Part shown: in pieces, positions 53,889 through 62,472 of the stretch | How positions within the stretch are numbered: the stretch's first letter is position 1 | How the letters are laid out: the number at the start of each line of letters is the position of its first letter | Position numbers and translations under genes: made by a program | The notes under the pieces: generated by a model | What the model was told of the DNA's origin: nothing | What the model saw: only the letters and a program-made list of their open reading frames with translations | The model's database searches: none | Origin: an uncultured Gemmatimonadales bacterium | GTDB taxonomy: Bacteria > Gemmatimonadota > Gemmatimonadetes > Gemmatimonadales > GWC2-71-9 | DNA: 64,000 bases | Assembly (NCBI GenBank): GCA_963779755.1 | Contig: CAVZZO010000001.1 | Span: forward strand, 2,112,001 to 2,176,000 | Direction: 5' to 3'

Positions 53889-54488
53889 ATGACCGGGAAG
53901 CTGCCGTTCTACCTGGCGGAGGACGATCCTCCGGCGAAGCGCGAGATCCTGCGCGCGGCGCTCAAGCTGTTCAGCGAGCGCGGGCTGGCGGCCACGAGCA
54001 TCCGCGACATCGCGGAAGAGAGCGGGTACACCAATCCCGCCCTCTATAAGCACTTCGCTGGCAAGGGGGAGCTGGCGCTCTACCTTTTCGAAACCTGCCA
54101 CACCCGCGTGTGGACGGGCTGCGCCACGGCGCTGGCCTCGGCCGAGGGGTTCAGGGCCAAGCTGGAGGCGTATGTGGCTGCCTGGCTCAAACTGTTCGAC
54201 ACGGAGCCGGAGGTGCTCGCCTTCCTCGCCGACAGCGCGCGGGTGCTCTGGCCCCGCACCGGGACCACGGTGCATCGCAGGACGATGATCGGGCTCGCGC
54301 GCGCGCTAGTGGCGGAGGCGCCGCGCGTGCGGGCGCGCGCCCGGGCGATCGACGCCGACGTCGCCGCGGCGAGCGTCCAGGGGACGCTGTCGGAACTCGG
54401 GCGCATGATCCAGGTAGGTGTCGTACCCGGCCCGGCGCGCCGATGGCACGGCAGGCTCGTGTCTCTCTTCCAGCAGCTCGTCGAGTGA
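53889..54488 (+). CDS. TetR/AcrR family regulator
   Basis: ILRAALKLF..RG..ATSIRDIA..SG...ALYKHF..K HTH. Confidence 0.92.
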   Translation: MTGKLPFYLAEDDPPAKREILRAALKLFSERGLAATSIRDIAEESGYTNPALYKHFAGKGELALYLFETCHTRVWTGCATALASAEGFRAKLEAYVAAWLKLFDTEPEVLAFLADSARVLWPRTGTTVHRRTMIGLARALVAEAPRVRARARAIDADVAAASVQGTLSELGRMIQVGVVPGPARRWHGRLVSLFQQLVE

Positions 54489-54509
54489 GTCTCGTCGTTT
54501 GTCCTGGAA

Positions 54510-54525
54510 GTTAGCAAACGCTAAC
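54510..54525 (+). promoter_or_regulatory. Second TetR operator GTTAGC-AAAC-GCTAAC
   Basis: Same palindrome as 53866-53881, upstream of the next gene. Confidence 0.75.
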
Positions 54526-54553
54526 CGCCGAGATTCCTCCGGGAGGTCGTATC

Positions 54554-55258
54554 ATGTTCGCCGTCGATCACGCCGCCACCGCGCTGCTCCTCAAGCGGCG
54601 CTATCCGTCCGTCTCCATGATCCCGCTGCTGCTCGCGGTGCAGGCGATGGAGCTTGCCTGGGTGCTCCTCAACTTCATCGGCGTGGAGCGCACGACGACC
54701 GAGCCCGTCGTCCGGAGCGTTGCCGAGATCCACCTCGCCTACATGCCGTACTCGCATTCCGTCGCCACGGCGCTCGGCGCCGCCCTGCTGGCGTGGGTGG
54801 TCCTCGAGGTCGGGATGGGCCGCCCCACGATCGGCCGCGCGGTCGGGCTCGGGATCGCTTCGCACCTCGTGCTCGACCTGCTCACCCACGCGCACGACAT
54901 CGTGCTCTGGCCCGGGCACCCGTCGCCGCGACTCGGGCTCGGGCTGTACCACACGGCGCCCTTTGCCGCCTTTCTCCTGGAGCTGGGCTACGGTGTGGCC
55001 TGCTGGCGGGTCTACCGCGGCGGCCGCGGGCTGCTCGCCCTCGTCGTGCTCGGGAATCTGGCGAATCTCTCGCTGCTCTCCGCAACGATCCCCGGCCCCG
55101 AGATGCTCCTCGCCGGACGGCCGCTCATGGTCGTCGGGCTGGTCGCTGCCCAGATCGCCGTGACGCTGGTGCTTACCGGCGTGCTGGCCCGCCGGCCGGT
55201 AGCGATGGCGCCCGAGCGCGCCGTGGTCCCGGACGCCCGGAAGCCGGCCGGCGTCTGA
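54554..55258 (+). CDS. Membrane protein, putative metal-dependent hydrolase (YdjM-like)
   Basis: GGAGG RBS; N-terminal His, YSHS and SHLVLDLLTH motifs; several TMs. Confidence 0.7.
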   Translation: MFAVDHAATALLLKRRYPSVSMIPLLLAVQAMELAWVLLNFIGVERTTTEPVVRSVAEIHLAYMPYSHSVATALGAALLAWVVLEVGMGRPTIGRAVGLGIASHLVLDLLTHAHDIVLWPGHPSPRLGLGLYHTAPFAAFLLELGYGVACWRVYRGGRGLLALVVLGNLANLSLLSATIPGPEMLLAGRPLMVVGLVAAQIAVTLVLTGVLARRPVAMAPERAVVPDARKPAGV

Positions 55259-55285
55259 TCCCGACAGCGCGTTGCAGGCGGTGCC

Positions 55286-55365
55286 ATGCTCCAGCGGAAG
55301 CCGTACTCCTCTCCGGAGCAGGCATCGCGGGGCCGACGCCGGCGTACGGCCTCGCCCGGCAGGAC
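55286..55365 (+). pseudogene. N-terminal remnant of an FAD-dependent oxidoreductase
   Basis: AVLLSGAGIAGPTPAYGLARQ (GxGxxG) from 55300, out of frame with ATG 55286 and cut off at the glycerate kinase stop. Confidence 0.65.
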
Positions 55366-55367
55366 AG

Positions 55368-56684
55368 CTACCTGCTTCCCGTACGCTCCACTGCCCCGAT
55401 CACCAGGTCCATGACGTTCGTTCCCGTGTAGCCGGTGCGCAGGAGCACCCCGGCGGCATCCAGGGCCGGATAGGCATCGTGCTGGTGGAGCGCGTGCTCC
55501 GGGTCGATGCCGGCTCGCGCGATGCGATCCCAGGTCGAATCGTCCACCACCGCGCCGGCCGCATCGGTCGGGCCGTCGCGTCCATCGGTGCCCGCCGCCA
55601 GCAGGGCCATGGCGGGGCCCGACGGCGCCAGCGCCAGGCTCCGCGCCGCCGCCAGGGCCAGCTCCTGGCACCGGCCGCCGGTGCCGCTGGATGCGCCCAG
55701 GCTCACGGTGGTCTCGCCCCCCCAGATCACGCAGCGTGCCGTAGCGCTTTCCCCCGCGCGCGCATCCAGCAGCCCGGCCGCGATGCGGGTCCCCGCCTGG
55801 GCGGCTTCCCCCCGGAGCGGCGTATCGACCACCCGCGCGCCGCATCCCGCGGTGCGGGCCTGCCGGGCCGCGGCCTCGCGCGCCATCGCGTTGTCGGCGA
55901 TGATCGTGGTGCGAACCTGCTGGAAGACCGGATCGCCCGGCTTGGGAGTCTCCGGCGCCTCGCCCCGCCGTACCCGGGCGAGGTAATCGAGGACCGGAAG
56001 CGGGAGCTGGTCGCGGAGCCCGCACGTTTCGATGAACACTTCGATTTCCTCGGCGGTCGAGGGGTCCGGTGCGCAGGGGCCCGAGCCGATGACGGCGGGA
56101 TCGTCTCCGATAACGTCCGACACGATGAAGACGCGCATGGCGGCGTGCGGCATCGCGGCCGCCAGGCGTCCCGCGCCCCAGCGGGAGAGCCGGCGCCGCA
56201 CCAGGTTCATCTGAGCGATGTCGAGCCCGGAGCCCAGCAGCGCGGTGGAGACCCGCCGCAGATCGTCGGGGCCCAGGCCGGCAACCGGTGTGCCCAGCAG
56301 GCTACTGGTCCCGCCGGAGAGCAGGACCCAGACGGTGTCGCCCGGCCGCACCCGGCTGGCCGCGGACTCGAGGGCGAGGGCGGCGGCGCGCGAGTGCTGG
56401 CCCGGGACGGGATGGTCGCCGAACGCCACCGGCAGGCCCGGATTGGGGGGCACCAGTTCGGGCACGGTGACCAGCAGGCCGCCGGCAGGCGACTGGCCGC
56501 GCTGCTCCAGCGTCCGCAGGGCGGCGCGCACCATGGCGGGAGCGGCCTTGCCCATGGCCAGTACATGCACCCGGGCGTCGGGTCCGGTGGGCTCGGCCTG
56601 CAGCGCCCGGGCCAGCGCGGGATCGGGATCCACCGCGGCCACCGCGGCGCGGTAGCACTCCTGCAGCAGGTAGATTAGGTCCAT
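55368..56684 (-). CDS. Glycerate 2-kinase (DUF4147/MOFRL, TtuD/GckA family)
   Basis: MGKAA, DHPVP, LLSGGTSSL, SDVIGD, IGSGP, GGETTV, GTDGRDG, TGTNVMD. Confidence 0.9.
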   Translation of the reverse strand: MDLIYLLQECYRAAVAAVDPDPALARALQAEPTGPDARVHVLAMGKAAPAMVRAALRTLEQRGQSPAGGLLVTVPELVPPNPGLPVAFGDHPVPGQHSRAAALALESAASRVRPGDTVWVLLSGGTSSLLGTPVAGLGPDDLRRVSTALLGSGLDIAQMNLVRRRLSRWGAGRLAAAMPHAAMRVFIVSDVIGDDPAVIGSGPCAPDPSTAEEIEVFIETCGLRDQLPLPVLDYLARVRRGEAPETPKPGDPVFQQVRTTIIADNAMAREAAARQARTAGCGARVVDTPLRGEAAQAGTRIAAGLLDARAGESATARCVIWGGETTVSLGASSGTGGRCQELALAAARSLALAPSGPAMALLAAGTDGRDGPTDAAGAVVDDSTWDRIARAGIDPEHALHQHDAYPALDAAGVLLRTGYTGTNVMDLVIGAVERTGSR

Positions 56685-57687
56685 GCCCCCTTCATCCTTA
56701 CCCAGGATCGTGGTGACCCGCCGGCTGCCCGACGCGGTCGAGGCCGCGCTGCAGCGCGATTTTGCCGTCCAGCTCAACCGGGACGATCATCCCTTCACCG
56801 CGCAGGAGCTGCGGCAGGCGCTGGCCGAGTGCGACGGTCTGCTCTGTACCGTCACCGACCGCATGGGCGCCGACGTGCTGGCGGGGCCGGTCCGAGCCCG
56901 GATTCTGGCCAACTTCGGTGTCGGGTTCAATCACATCGATCCGGCGGCTGCCCGGCGGCGGGGCCTGGTGGTGACCAATACGCCGGGCGTGCTCACCGAT
57001 GCCACGGCCGACCTGGCAATGCTGCTCATCCTCATGGTAGCGCGTCGGGCCGGCGAGGGCGAGCGGGATCTGCGTGCGGGACGCTGGCACGGGTGGGGTC
57101 CCACGCACCTCATGGGCACCATGGTGACGGGCAAGACGCTGGGGATCGTGGGCCTGGGCCGGATCGGACGTGCGCTGGCGCACCGTGCGCGCGCGGGATT
57201 CTCCATGTCCGTGTGTTCCTGGATGCCTCGGCCGCTGCTGCCCCCGGAGGCCGAAGCGCTGGGAGTCACCCAGTGCGGCACGCTCGACGAGCTGCTGGCC
57301 CGGAGCGACTTCGTTTCTCTCCATTGCCCGGCCAGTGGCGATACCCGCCATCTGATCGGCGCGGCGGAGCTGAGCCGCATGCGTCCCGGCGCATTTCTGG
57401 TCAATACCGCGCGGGGGGAAGTGGTGGACGAGGCGGCGCTGGCTGCGGCCCTGGGCGGGGGGCGCCTGGGCGGCGCCGGCCTTGATGTCTACGAGGAAGA
57501 GCCGCAGGTGTCCCCCGCGCTGCTTCAGCTGGAGAACGTGGTTCTGCTGCCGCATCTGGGCAGCGCCACCCTGGAGACGCGTACGGCGATGGGAATGAAG
57601 GCGGTCGCGAATCTCACGGCGTTTTTTGAGACCGGTGAGGGCCTTGATGTGGTCGGCGCTGCTCCGGATCCAGCCGGTGAGGTGTGA
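56683..57687 (+). CDS. D-glycerate dehydrogenase/glyoxylate-hydroxypyruvate reductase
   Basis: NFGVGFNHID, TNTPGVLTDATAD, GLGRIG, NTARG, GLDVYEEEP, PHLGSAT. Confidence 0.92.
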   Translation: MPPSSLPRIVVTRRLPDAVEAALQRDFAVQLNRDDHPFTAQELRQALAECDGLLCTVTDRMGADVLAGPVRARILANFGVGFNHIDPAAARRRGLVVTNTPGVLTDATADLAMLLILMVARRAGEGERDLRAGRWHGWGPTHLMGTMVTGKTLGIVGLGRIGRALAHRARAGFSMSVCSWMPRPLLPPEAEALGVTQCGTLDELLARSDFVSLHCPASGDTRHLIGAAELSRMRPGAFLVNTARGEVVDEAALAAALGGGRLGGAGLDVYEEEPQVSPALLQLENVVLLPHLGSATLETRTAMGMKAVANLTAFFETGEGLDVVGAAPDPAGEV

Positions 57688-57708
57688 GGCGTAGCCGACG
57701 CCTTACGC
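57677..57708. repeat. GTGAGGC heptamer hairpin between convergent genes
   Basis: gtgaggcgt-agccg-acgccttac. Confidence 0.6.
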
Positions 57709-58761
57709 TTTCCGCTTCGCCTTCTTCTCCACCGCGGTTCTCAGTTGTCCGCATGCCGCGTCGATGTCCAGTCCGCGGCTGCGCCGCACCACCGCCTCCA
57801 CTCCCTGCGACTGCAGCCGCTCGGCAAAGGCGGCGATCCGGGCCGGGCTGGAGGCGATCAGCCCGTCTTCGCCTCCGGGATGCAGCGGCAGCAGGTTCAC
57901 CAGGGCGCCCGACTCGCGCGCCAGCCGGGCCAGCGCATCGGCGTCGCTGTCGCGGTCGTTGCGGCCGGCGATCAGCACGTACTCGAACGTGATGCGCTTG
58001 CGGAACGCCCGGGCCGCCCGCAGCACCGACGCCAGGTCGTATTTCTTCTCGATGGGCATGAGAGCCTGCCGCTCCTCCGGGAGCGCCGAATGCAGTGAGA
58101 TGGCGAGCCGGAACTGCTCCGGCCGCCGGGCCAGGGCTTCCATGCCGGGGATAATGCCCACGGTGCTGACGGTGATGTGCCGGGCGCCGATCCCGATCCC
58201 GTCCGGATCGTTCAGGATGGTCAGGGCGGCATCGACCGCGGGCCAGTTGAGCAGCGGCTCGCCCATGCCCATGAACACGATGTTGGTGGGGCGGGATGCA
58301 GGGTCTTCCAGCATGATCTCGCGCACCTGGCCGGCGATCTCGAACGGCGTCAGGTTGCGGCGGTAGCCCATGCGGCCGGTGGCGCAGAAGACGCAGCCCA
58401 GGGCGCAGCCCGACTGGCTGGAGATGCAGAGTGTGCGCCGGCTTCCGCTCGGAATCAGCACCGACTCGATCGCTTCGTCGTCGCCAAGACGCCAGAGGTA
58501 TTTCCGGGTGCCGTCGCTGGAATCCTGCCGCACTTCCCGCGTCAGGCGGGGCAGGGGGAGGTCGCGCTCCAGGCCCTCGCGCAGCGGCACCGGGAGCTCG
58601 CTGGCGTCCGCCCAGCCGGCCACCGGCCGCTGCCACAGCCGGGGCAGCATCTGCCGCGCCCGGTAGGCGGGCAGGCCATGTGCCTGCGCCCACTCCTCCA
58701 GGCGCTCGCGGGCCTGTGCGGGGGTGCAGTCGAGCAGGGTCGGGGTCAGGGCCGTCGTCAT
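57703..58761 (-). CDS. rlmN: Dual-specificity RNA methyltransferase RlmN (radical SAM)
   Basis: CISSQSGCALGCVFCATG, FMGMGEP, ISLH, IDAACGQL. Confidence 0.95.
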   Translation of the reverse strand: MTTALTPTLLDCTPAQARERLEEWAQAHGLPAYRARQMLPRLWQRPVAGWADASELPVPLREGLERDLPLPRLTREVRQDSSDGTRKYLWRLGDDEAIESVLIPSGSRRTLCISSQSGCALGCVFCATGRMGYRRNLTPFEIAGQVREIMLEDPASRPTNIVFMGMGEPLLNWPAVDAALTILNDPDGIGIGARHITVSTVGIIPGMEALARRPEQFRLAISLHSALPEERQALMPIEKKYDLASVLRAARAFRKRITFEYVLIAGRNDRDSDADALARLARESGALVNLLPLHPGGEDGLIASSPARIAAFAERLQSQGVEAVVRRSRGLDIDAACGQLRTAVEKKAKRKA

Positions 58762-58880
58762 GACCGGAAAGATAGCGTCGCGGCTGCCCGGGGGCCTGCC
58801 CTAACTTTCGCAACCGCAATTGCTTGAAGTCCTGCGGGCGAAGGTTACGTTTCCGCCATGCCGTTGCCAGCCGGGGCCGA

Positions 58881-59336
58881 GTGCTGCTGAGCGAGCTGCT
58901 CACGCCGGACCGGGTGCGTCTGCCGCTCGCCGCGGAGGACAAGCCCGGGGTGTTGCGCGAGCTGACCGCCCTGCTGGTGGAGCAGTCGGGCGGCAGTTAC
59001 GACGAGGTGCTGCGCGCCATCTGCGACCGCGAGCGGGTGCTCAGTACCGGCATTGGATTCGGCGTGGCCATCCCCCACGGGCGGTCTCCCGCGATGCCGG
59101 AGGTCGGGCTGGTCGCGGGCCTCAGCTCCACACCTATCCCCTTCGATGCGCTGGACGGCGAGCCGGTGCGCATCCTGTTCCTGCTGGCGGGGCCCGAATC
59201 ATCCGCCGGACTGCACGTGAAGATCCTGAGCCGCATCGCGCGGCTGGTGCGGCGGGAAGACGTCCGGACCGGCCTGCTGCAGTCGCGGTCCCCCGAAGAC
59301 TTCCACGCGACCATCGTCGCGGCCGAAAACTGGTAA
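58881..59336 (+). CDS. Second PTS EIIA (Fru/Ntr-type) protein
   Basis: RERVLSTGIGFGVAIPHGR, ALDGEPV, HVKILSRI. Confidence 0.85.
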   Translation: MLLSELLTPDRVRLPLAAEDKPGVLRELTALLVEQSGGSYDEVLRAICDRERVLSTGIGFGVAIPHGRSPAMPEVGLVAGLSSTPIPFDALDGEPVRILFLLAGPESSAGLHVKILSRIARLVRREDVRTGLLQSRSPEDFHATIVAAENW

Positions 59337-59337
59337 G

Positions 59338-61101
59338 ATGAGCCCCACGTCCCTGCGTACCCACTATTGCGGCGATCTGCGCCGCGATCAGGCCGGCACC
59401 CCGGTGCGCCTCGGCGGCTGGATCCACCGCGTCCGTGATCTGGGCGGATTGCTGTTCATGGACCTGCGCGACCGCACCGGCCTGGTGCAGCTCTCGTTCG
59501 ATCCCAAATGGACGCCGGCCAAGGTGCTGCGCCGCGGGGCCGAGGCCGGGGTGGAATCGGTGGCGGTGGTGGAAGGCACGGTGGAGCTGCGGCCGGAGCA
59601 GGCGCGCGACAGCCAGCTCGCCACCCGCGAAGTCGAAGTGCGGGTGACCGGCTTCCAGGTGGTGGGCCCGGCGGTCACGCCGGCCATCCCGGTGGGGCGG
59701 AAAGAAGGCGAGGACCTGCCGGCGGAAGAGTTGCGGCTGAAACACCGGGTGCTCGATCTGCGGCGGCCCGAGTTGCAGCACAACATTATGCTGCGCCACC
59801 GCCTGGCGCAGCGGGCCCGCGCGACGCTGAGCGGCATGGGGTTTCTCGAAATCGAAACGCCCATCCTCACCAAACCGACGCCGGAGGGCGCCCGGGACTA
59901 TCTGGTGCCCAGCCGGATCCACCGCGGCGAGTTCTACGCCCTGCCGCAGTCGCCCCAGATCTACAAGCAGCTGCTGATGGTGGCCGGCTACGACCGCTAC
60001 TTCCAGATCGCCCGCTGCTTCCGGGACGAAGACCTGCGGGCCGACCGGCAGCCCGAGTTCACCCAGATCGACATCGAGGCCTCGTTCGTCACCGCCGGGG
60101 ACGTGCAGGACGTGGTGGAAACGGTATTACGGGACCTCTGGGATGAAGGGGGCGCCGGGGTCCCACCGCCCTTCCCGAGGCTCACCTGGCGCGAAGCCAT
60201 GGAGCGCTTCGGGGTGGACAAGCCGGATCTGCGCTATACCCTGGAGATCCGGGATCTGAGCGCCCTGCTGGGCGAGGACAGCGCCCCGTTCCTGGGGCCG
60301 GTGCGGGCCGGCGAGGCGCGGCTGCGGGGGCTGCTGGTTCCCGGTGGGGCGACCCTGACCCGCAAGGACCTGGATGGCCTGACGGCGCTGGCGCGCGGGG
60401 CCGGCGCGGGGGGGCTCATCTGGGCCCGGCGGGCGGAGCAGTGGGAAGGGCAGGGAGTGAAGGCGGTGGGCTCGGGGCTGCTGGAGCGGTTGGGCGGCAC
60501 CCCGGGCGACCTGCTGCTGGCCGTTATGGGGGCCGATCCGGTGACCTCCCCCGCGCTCCATGCCATCCGGACTGCCGTGATCCGGCGCATGGCTGTGCCG
60601 CCGCAAATGGAGCATGCCTTCTGCTGGGTGGTGGATTTCCCCCTCTTCGAGCACGACCCGGAAAGCGGGGAATGGGTGCCGGCGCACCATCCGTTCACCG
60701 CGCCGCACCCGGAGGATGTTCCGCTGCTGCAGACGGCCCGGGAGCGCTGCCGGGCGCTGCACTATGACGCGGTTTACAACGGCAACGAGCTGGGGAGCGG
60801 CTCGATTCGTATCACCGATCCGGCGGTGCAACGCATGATTTTCGAGATGCTGGGTCTCGCAGAGGAAGACATCCGGCGGCGATTCGGATTCCTGCTGGAC
60901 GGGTTGGCGGCAGGCGCGCCGCCCCACGGCGGGTTTGCCATCGGCTTCGACCGGGTGGTCATGCTGCTGGCGGGGGCGGGGTCGCTGCGCGACGTGATCG
61001 CCTTTCCCAAGACCACGGCGGCGCGGGCGCTCTTCGAAGGGGCACCGACGCCGGTGAATCCCAGGGACCTGGCTGCCTTGCACCTGGAGGTCACGGAATG
61101 A
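59338..61101 (+). CDS. aspS: Aspartate--tRNA ligase
   Basis: RTHYCG, PEGARDY, LPQSPQ, FRDEDLRADRQPEFTQ, PPHGG, IAFPKT. Confidence 0.96.
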   Translation: MSPTSLRTHYCGDLRRDQAGTPVRLGGWIHRVRDLGGLLFMDLRDRTGLVQLSFDPKWTPAKVLRRGAEAGVESVAVVEGTVELRPEQARDSQLATREVEVRVTGFQVVGPAVTPAIPVGRKEGEDLPAEELRLKHRVLDLRRPELQHNIMLRHRLAQRARATLSGMGFLEIETPILTKPTPEGARDYLVPSRIHRGEFYALPQSPQIYKQLLMVAGYDRYFQIARCFRDEDLRADRQPEFTQIDIEASFVTAGDVQDVVETVLRDLWDEGGAGVPPPFPRLTWREAMERFGVDKPDLRYTLEIRDLSALLGEDSAPFLGPVRAGEARLRGLLVPGGATLTRKDLDGLTALARGAGAGGLIWARRAEQWEGQGVKAVGSGLLERLGGTPGDLLLAVMGADPVTSPALHAIRTAVIRRMAVPPQMEHAFCWVVDFPLFEHDPESGEWVPAHHPFTAPHPEDVPLLQTARERCRALHYDAVYNGNELGSGSIRITDPAVQRMIFEMLGLAEEDIRRRFGFLLDGLAAGAPPHGGFAIGFDRVVMLLAGAGSLRDVIAFPKTTAARALFEGAPTPVNPRDLAALHLEVTE

Positions 61102-61103
61102 CC

Positions 61104-61402
61104 GGAGTCCACAGATTACGCCGATTGGCCCCCGGTATGACCGGGACGGCGTGGGGCTTTGCCGGATGCGCCTTCTGTGTGGAATCCACAGATTACGCCG
61201 ATTGGCCCCCGGTATGACCGGGACCGCGTGGGGCTTTGCCGGATGCGCCTTCTGTGTGGAATCCACAGATTACGCCGATTGGCCCCTGGTATGACCGGGA
61301 CTGGGTGGGGCTCTGCCGGATGCGCCTTCTGTGTGGGAATCCACAGATTACGCCGATTGGCCCCCAGCATGACCGGGACTGCGTGGGCCTTTGCCGGGTG
61401 CG
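61104..61402. repeat. 77-bp tandem repeat, about 3.9 copies
   Basis: Units start at 61104, 61181, 61258 and 61336; consensus GGAATCCACAGATTACGCCGATTGGCCCCCGGTATGACCGGGACnGCGTGGGGCTTTGCCGGATGCGCCTTCTGTGT. Confidence 0.95.
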
Positions 61403-61521
61403 GGTGCGTGTACCCCGGGCCTGGTGCAGGGTTTTTCCTGAGAGAGTGCCCTTCGGTGTGACCGGTGCAATCTGTGTGATCGGTGGATCCTGATGAGACC
61501 TTGGACCGTGCGGGCGGTTGC

Positions 61522-62472
61522 ATGAGCGACGAAACCACCCATCGCCTCTCCACCGAGGGGGCCGATCCGCTTCTGCTGGCGGGTGTGAACGACCAGAACA
61601 TCCAGGAGCTGGAGCGTGCCACCGGAGTCCGGGTGGTGCTGCGGGGCGATACCCTGTCGCTGGCCGGCAGCAGCGACCAGGTGGAGAAGGCCGCGCCGGT
61701 GGCGCAGGGTCTGGTGGACCTGGCCCGCATGGGAGAGCCGGTGACGCCCGAAGACGTCCTCCGGCTGGCGGGCGAGGCCCAGCCGGCGGACCTGGCGGCC
61801 GCCGGCGATCAGAAAATCGTCCTGCCCGGGATGCGCCGGGTCATCGTGCCCAAGACCACCGGCCAGCGGGAGTATCTCCAGGCGATCACCGGCAACGATA
61901 TTGTGGTGGGCATCGGCCCGGCCGGAACGGGCAAGACCTACCTGGCCGTAGCCAAGGCGGTGGAAGCGCTGGCGCGCCGGCGGGTCAAGCGGATCATCCT
62001 GGCCCGGCCGGCGGTGGAAGCGGGCGAATCGCTCGGTTTTCTCCCCGGCGACCTGCAGGCCAAGGTCGACCCTTACCTCCGGCCCCTGTACGATGCGCTG
62101 GAAGATATGATGCCGCATGACCGGGTGCAGCGGGCGCTGGAAAGCCGGACCATCGAGATCGCGCCGCTGGCCTACATGCGGGGCCGCACGTTGTCGGATG
62201 CATTCATTATCCTGGACGAGGCGCAGAACGCGACCGGGGCCCAGATGAAGATGTTCCTGACCCGGCTGGGGGTGAACAGCCGTACCGTGGTCACCGGCGA
62301 CAAGACCCAGATCGACCTGCCCCAGCGGGAAGACTCGGGGCTCATCCAGGTGGAGCGCATCCTGCCCGGCATCGACGGCATCGCCTTCTGCTACCTGGGC
62401 GAGAACGACGTCATCCGGCACCGGCTGGTGCGCGAGATCATCCGGGCCTATGCGGAGGACCAGAACGGCTGA
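61522..62472 (+). CDS. phoH: PhoH family ATPase (YbeZ-like)
   Basis: GPAGTGKT, RPAVEAGESLGFLPG, AYMRGRT, DEAQN, GDKTQID. Confidence 0.93.
   Translation: MSDETTHRLSTEGADPLLLAGVNDQNIQELERATGVRVVLRGDTLSLAGSSDQVEKAAPVAQGLVDLARMGEPVTPEDVLRLAGEAQPADLAAAGDQKIVLPGMRRVIVPKTTGQREYLQAITGNDIVVGIGPAGTGKTYLAVAKAVEALARRRVKRIILARPAVEAGESLGFLPGDLQAKVDPYLRPLYDALEDMMPHDRVQRALESRTIEIAPLAYMRGRTLSDAFIILDEAQNATGAQMKMFLTRLGVNSRTVVTGDKTQIDLPQREDSGLIQVERILPGIDGIAFCYLGENDVIRHRLVREIIRAYAEDQNG

Noticed and set aside
61104..61402. Possible CRISPR array
   Set aside because: Whole 77-bp units repeat with no unique spacers, and no cas genes are in the window
61116..61730. ORFs crossing the 77-bp array
   Set aside because: The unit length is not a multiple of 3 and the translations are repeat-derived with no coding signal
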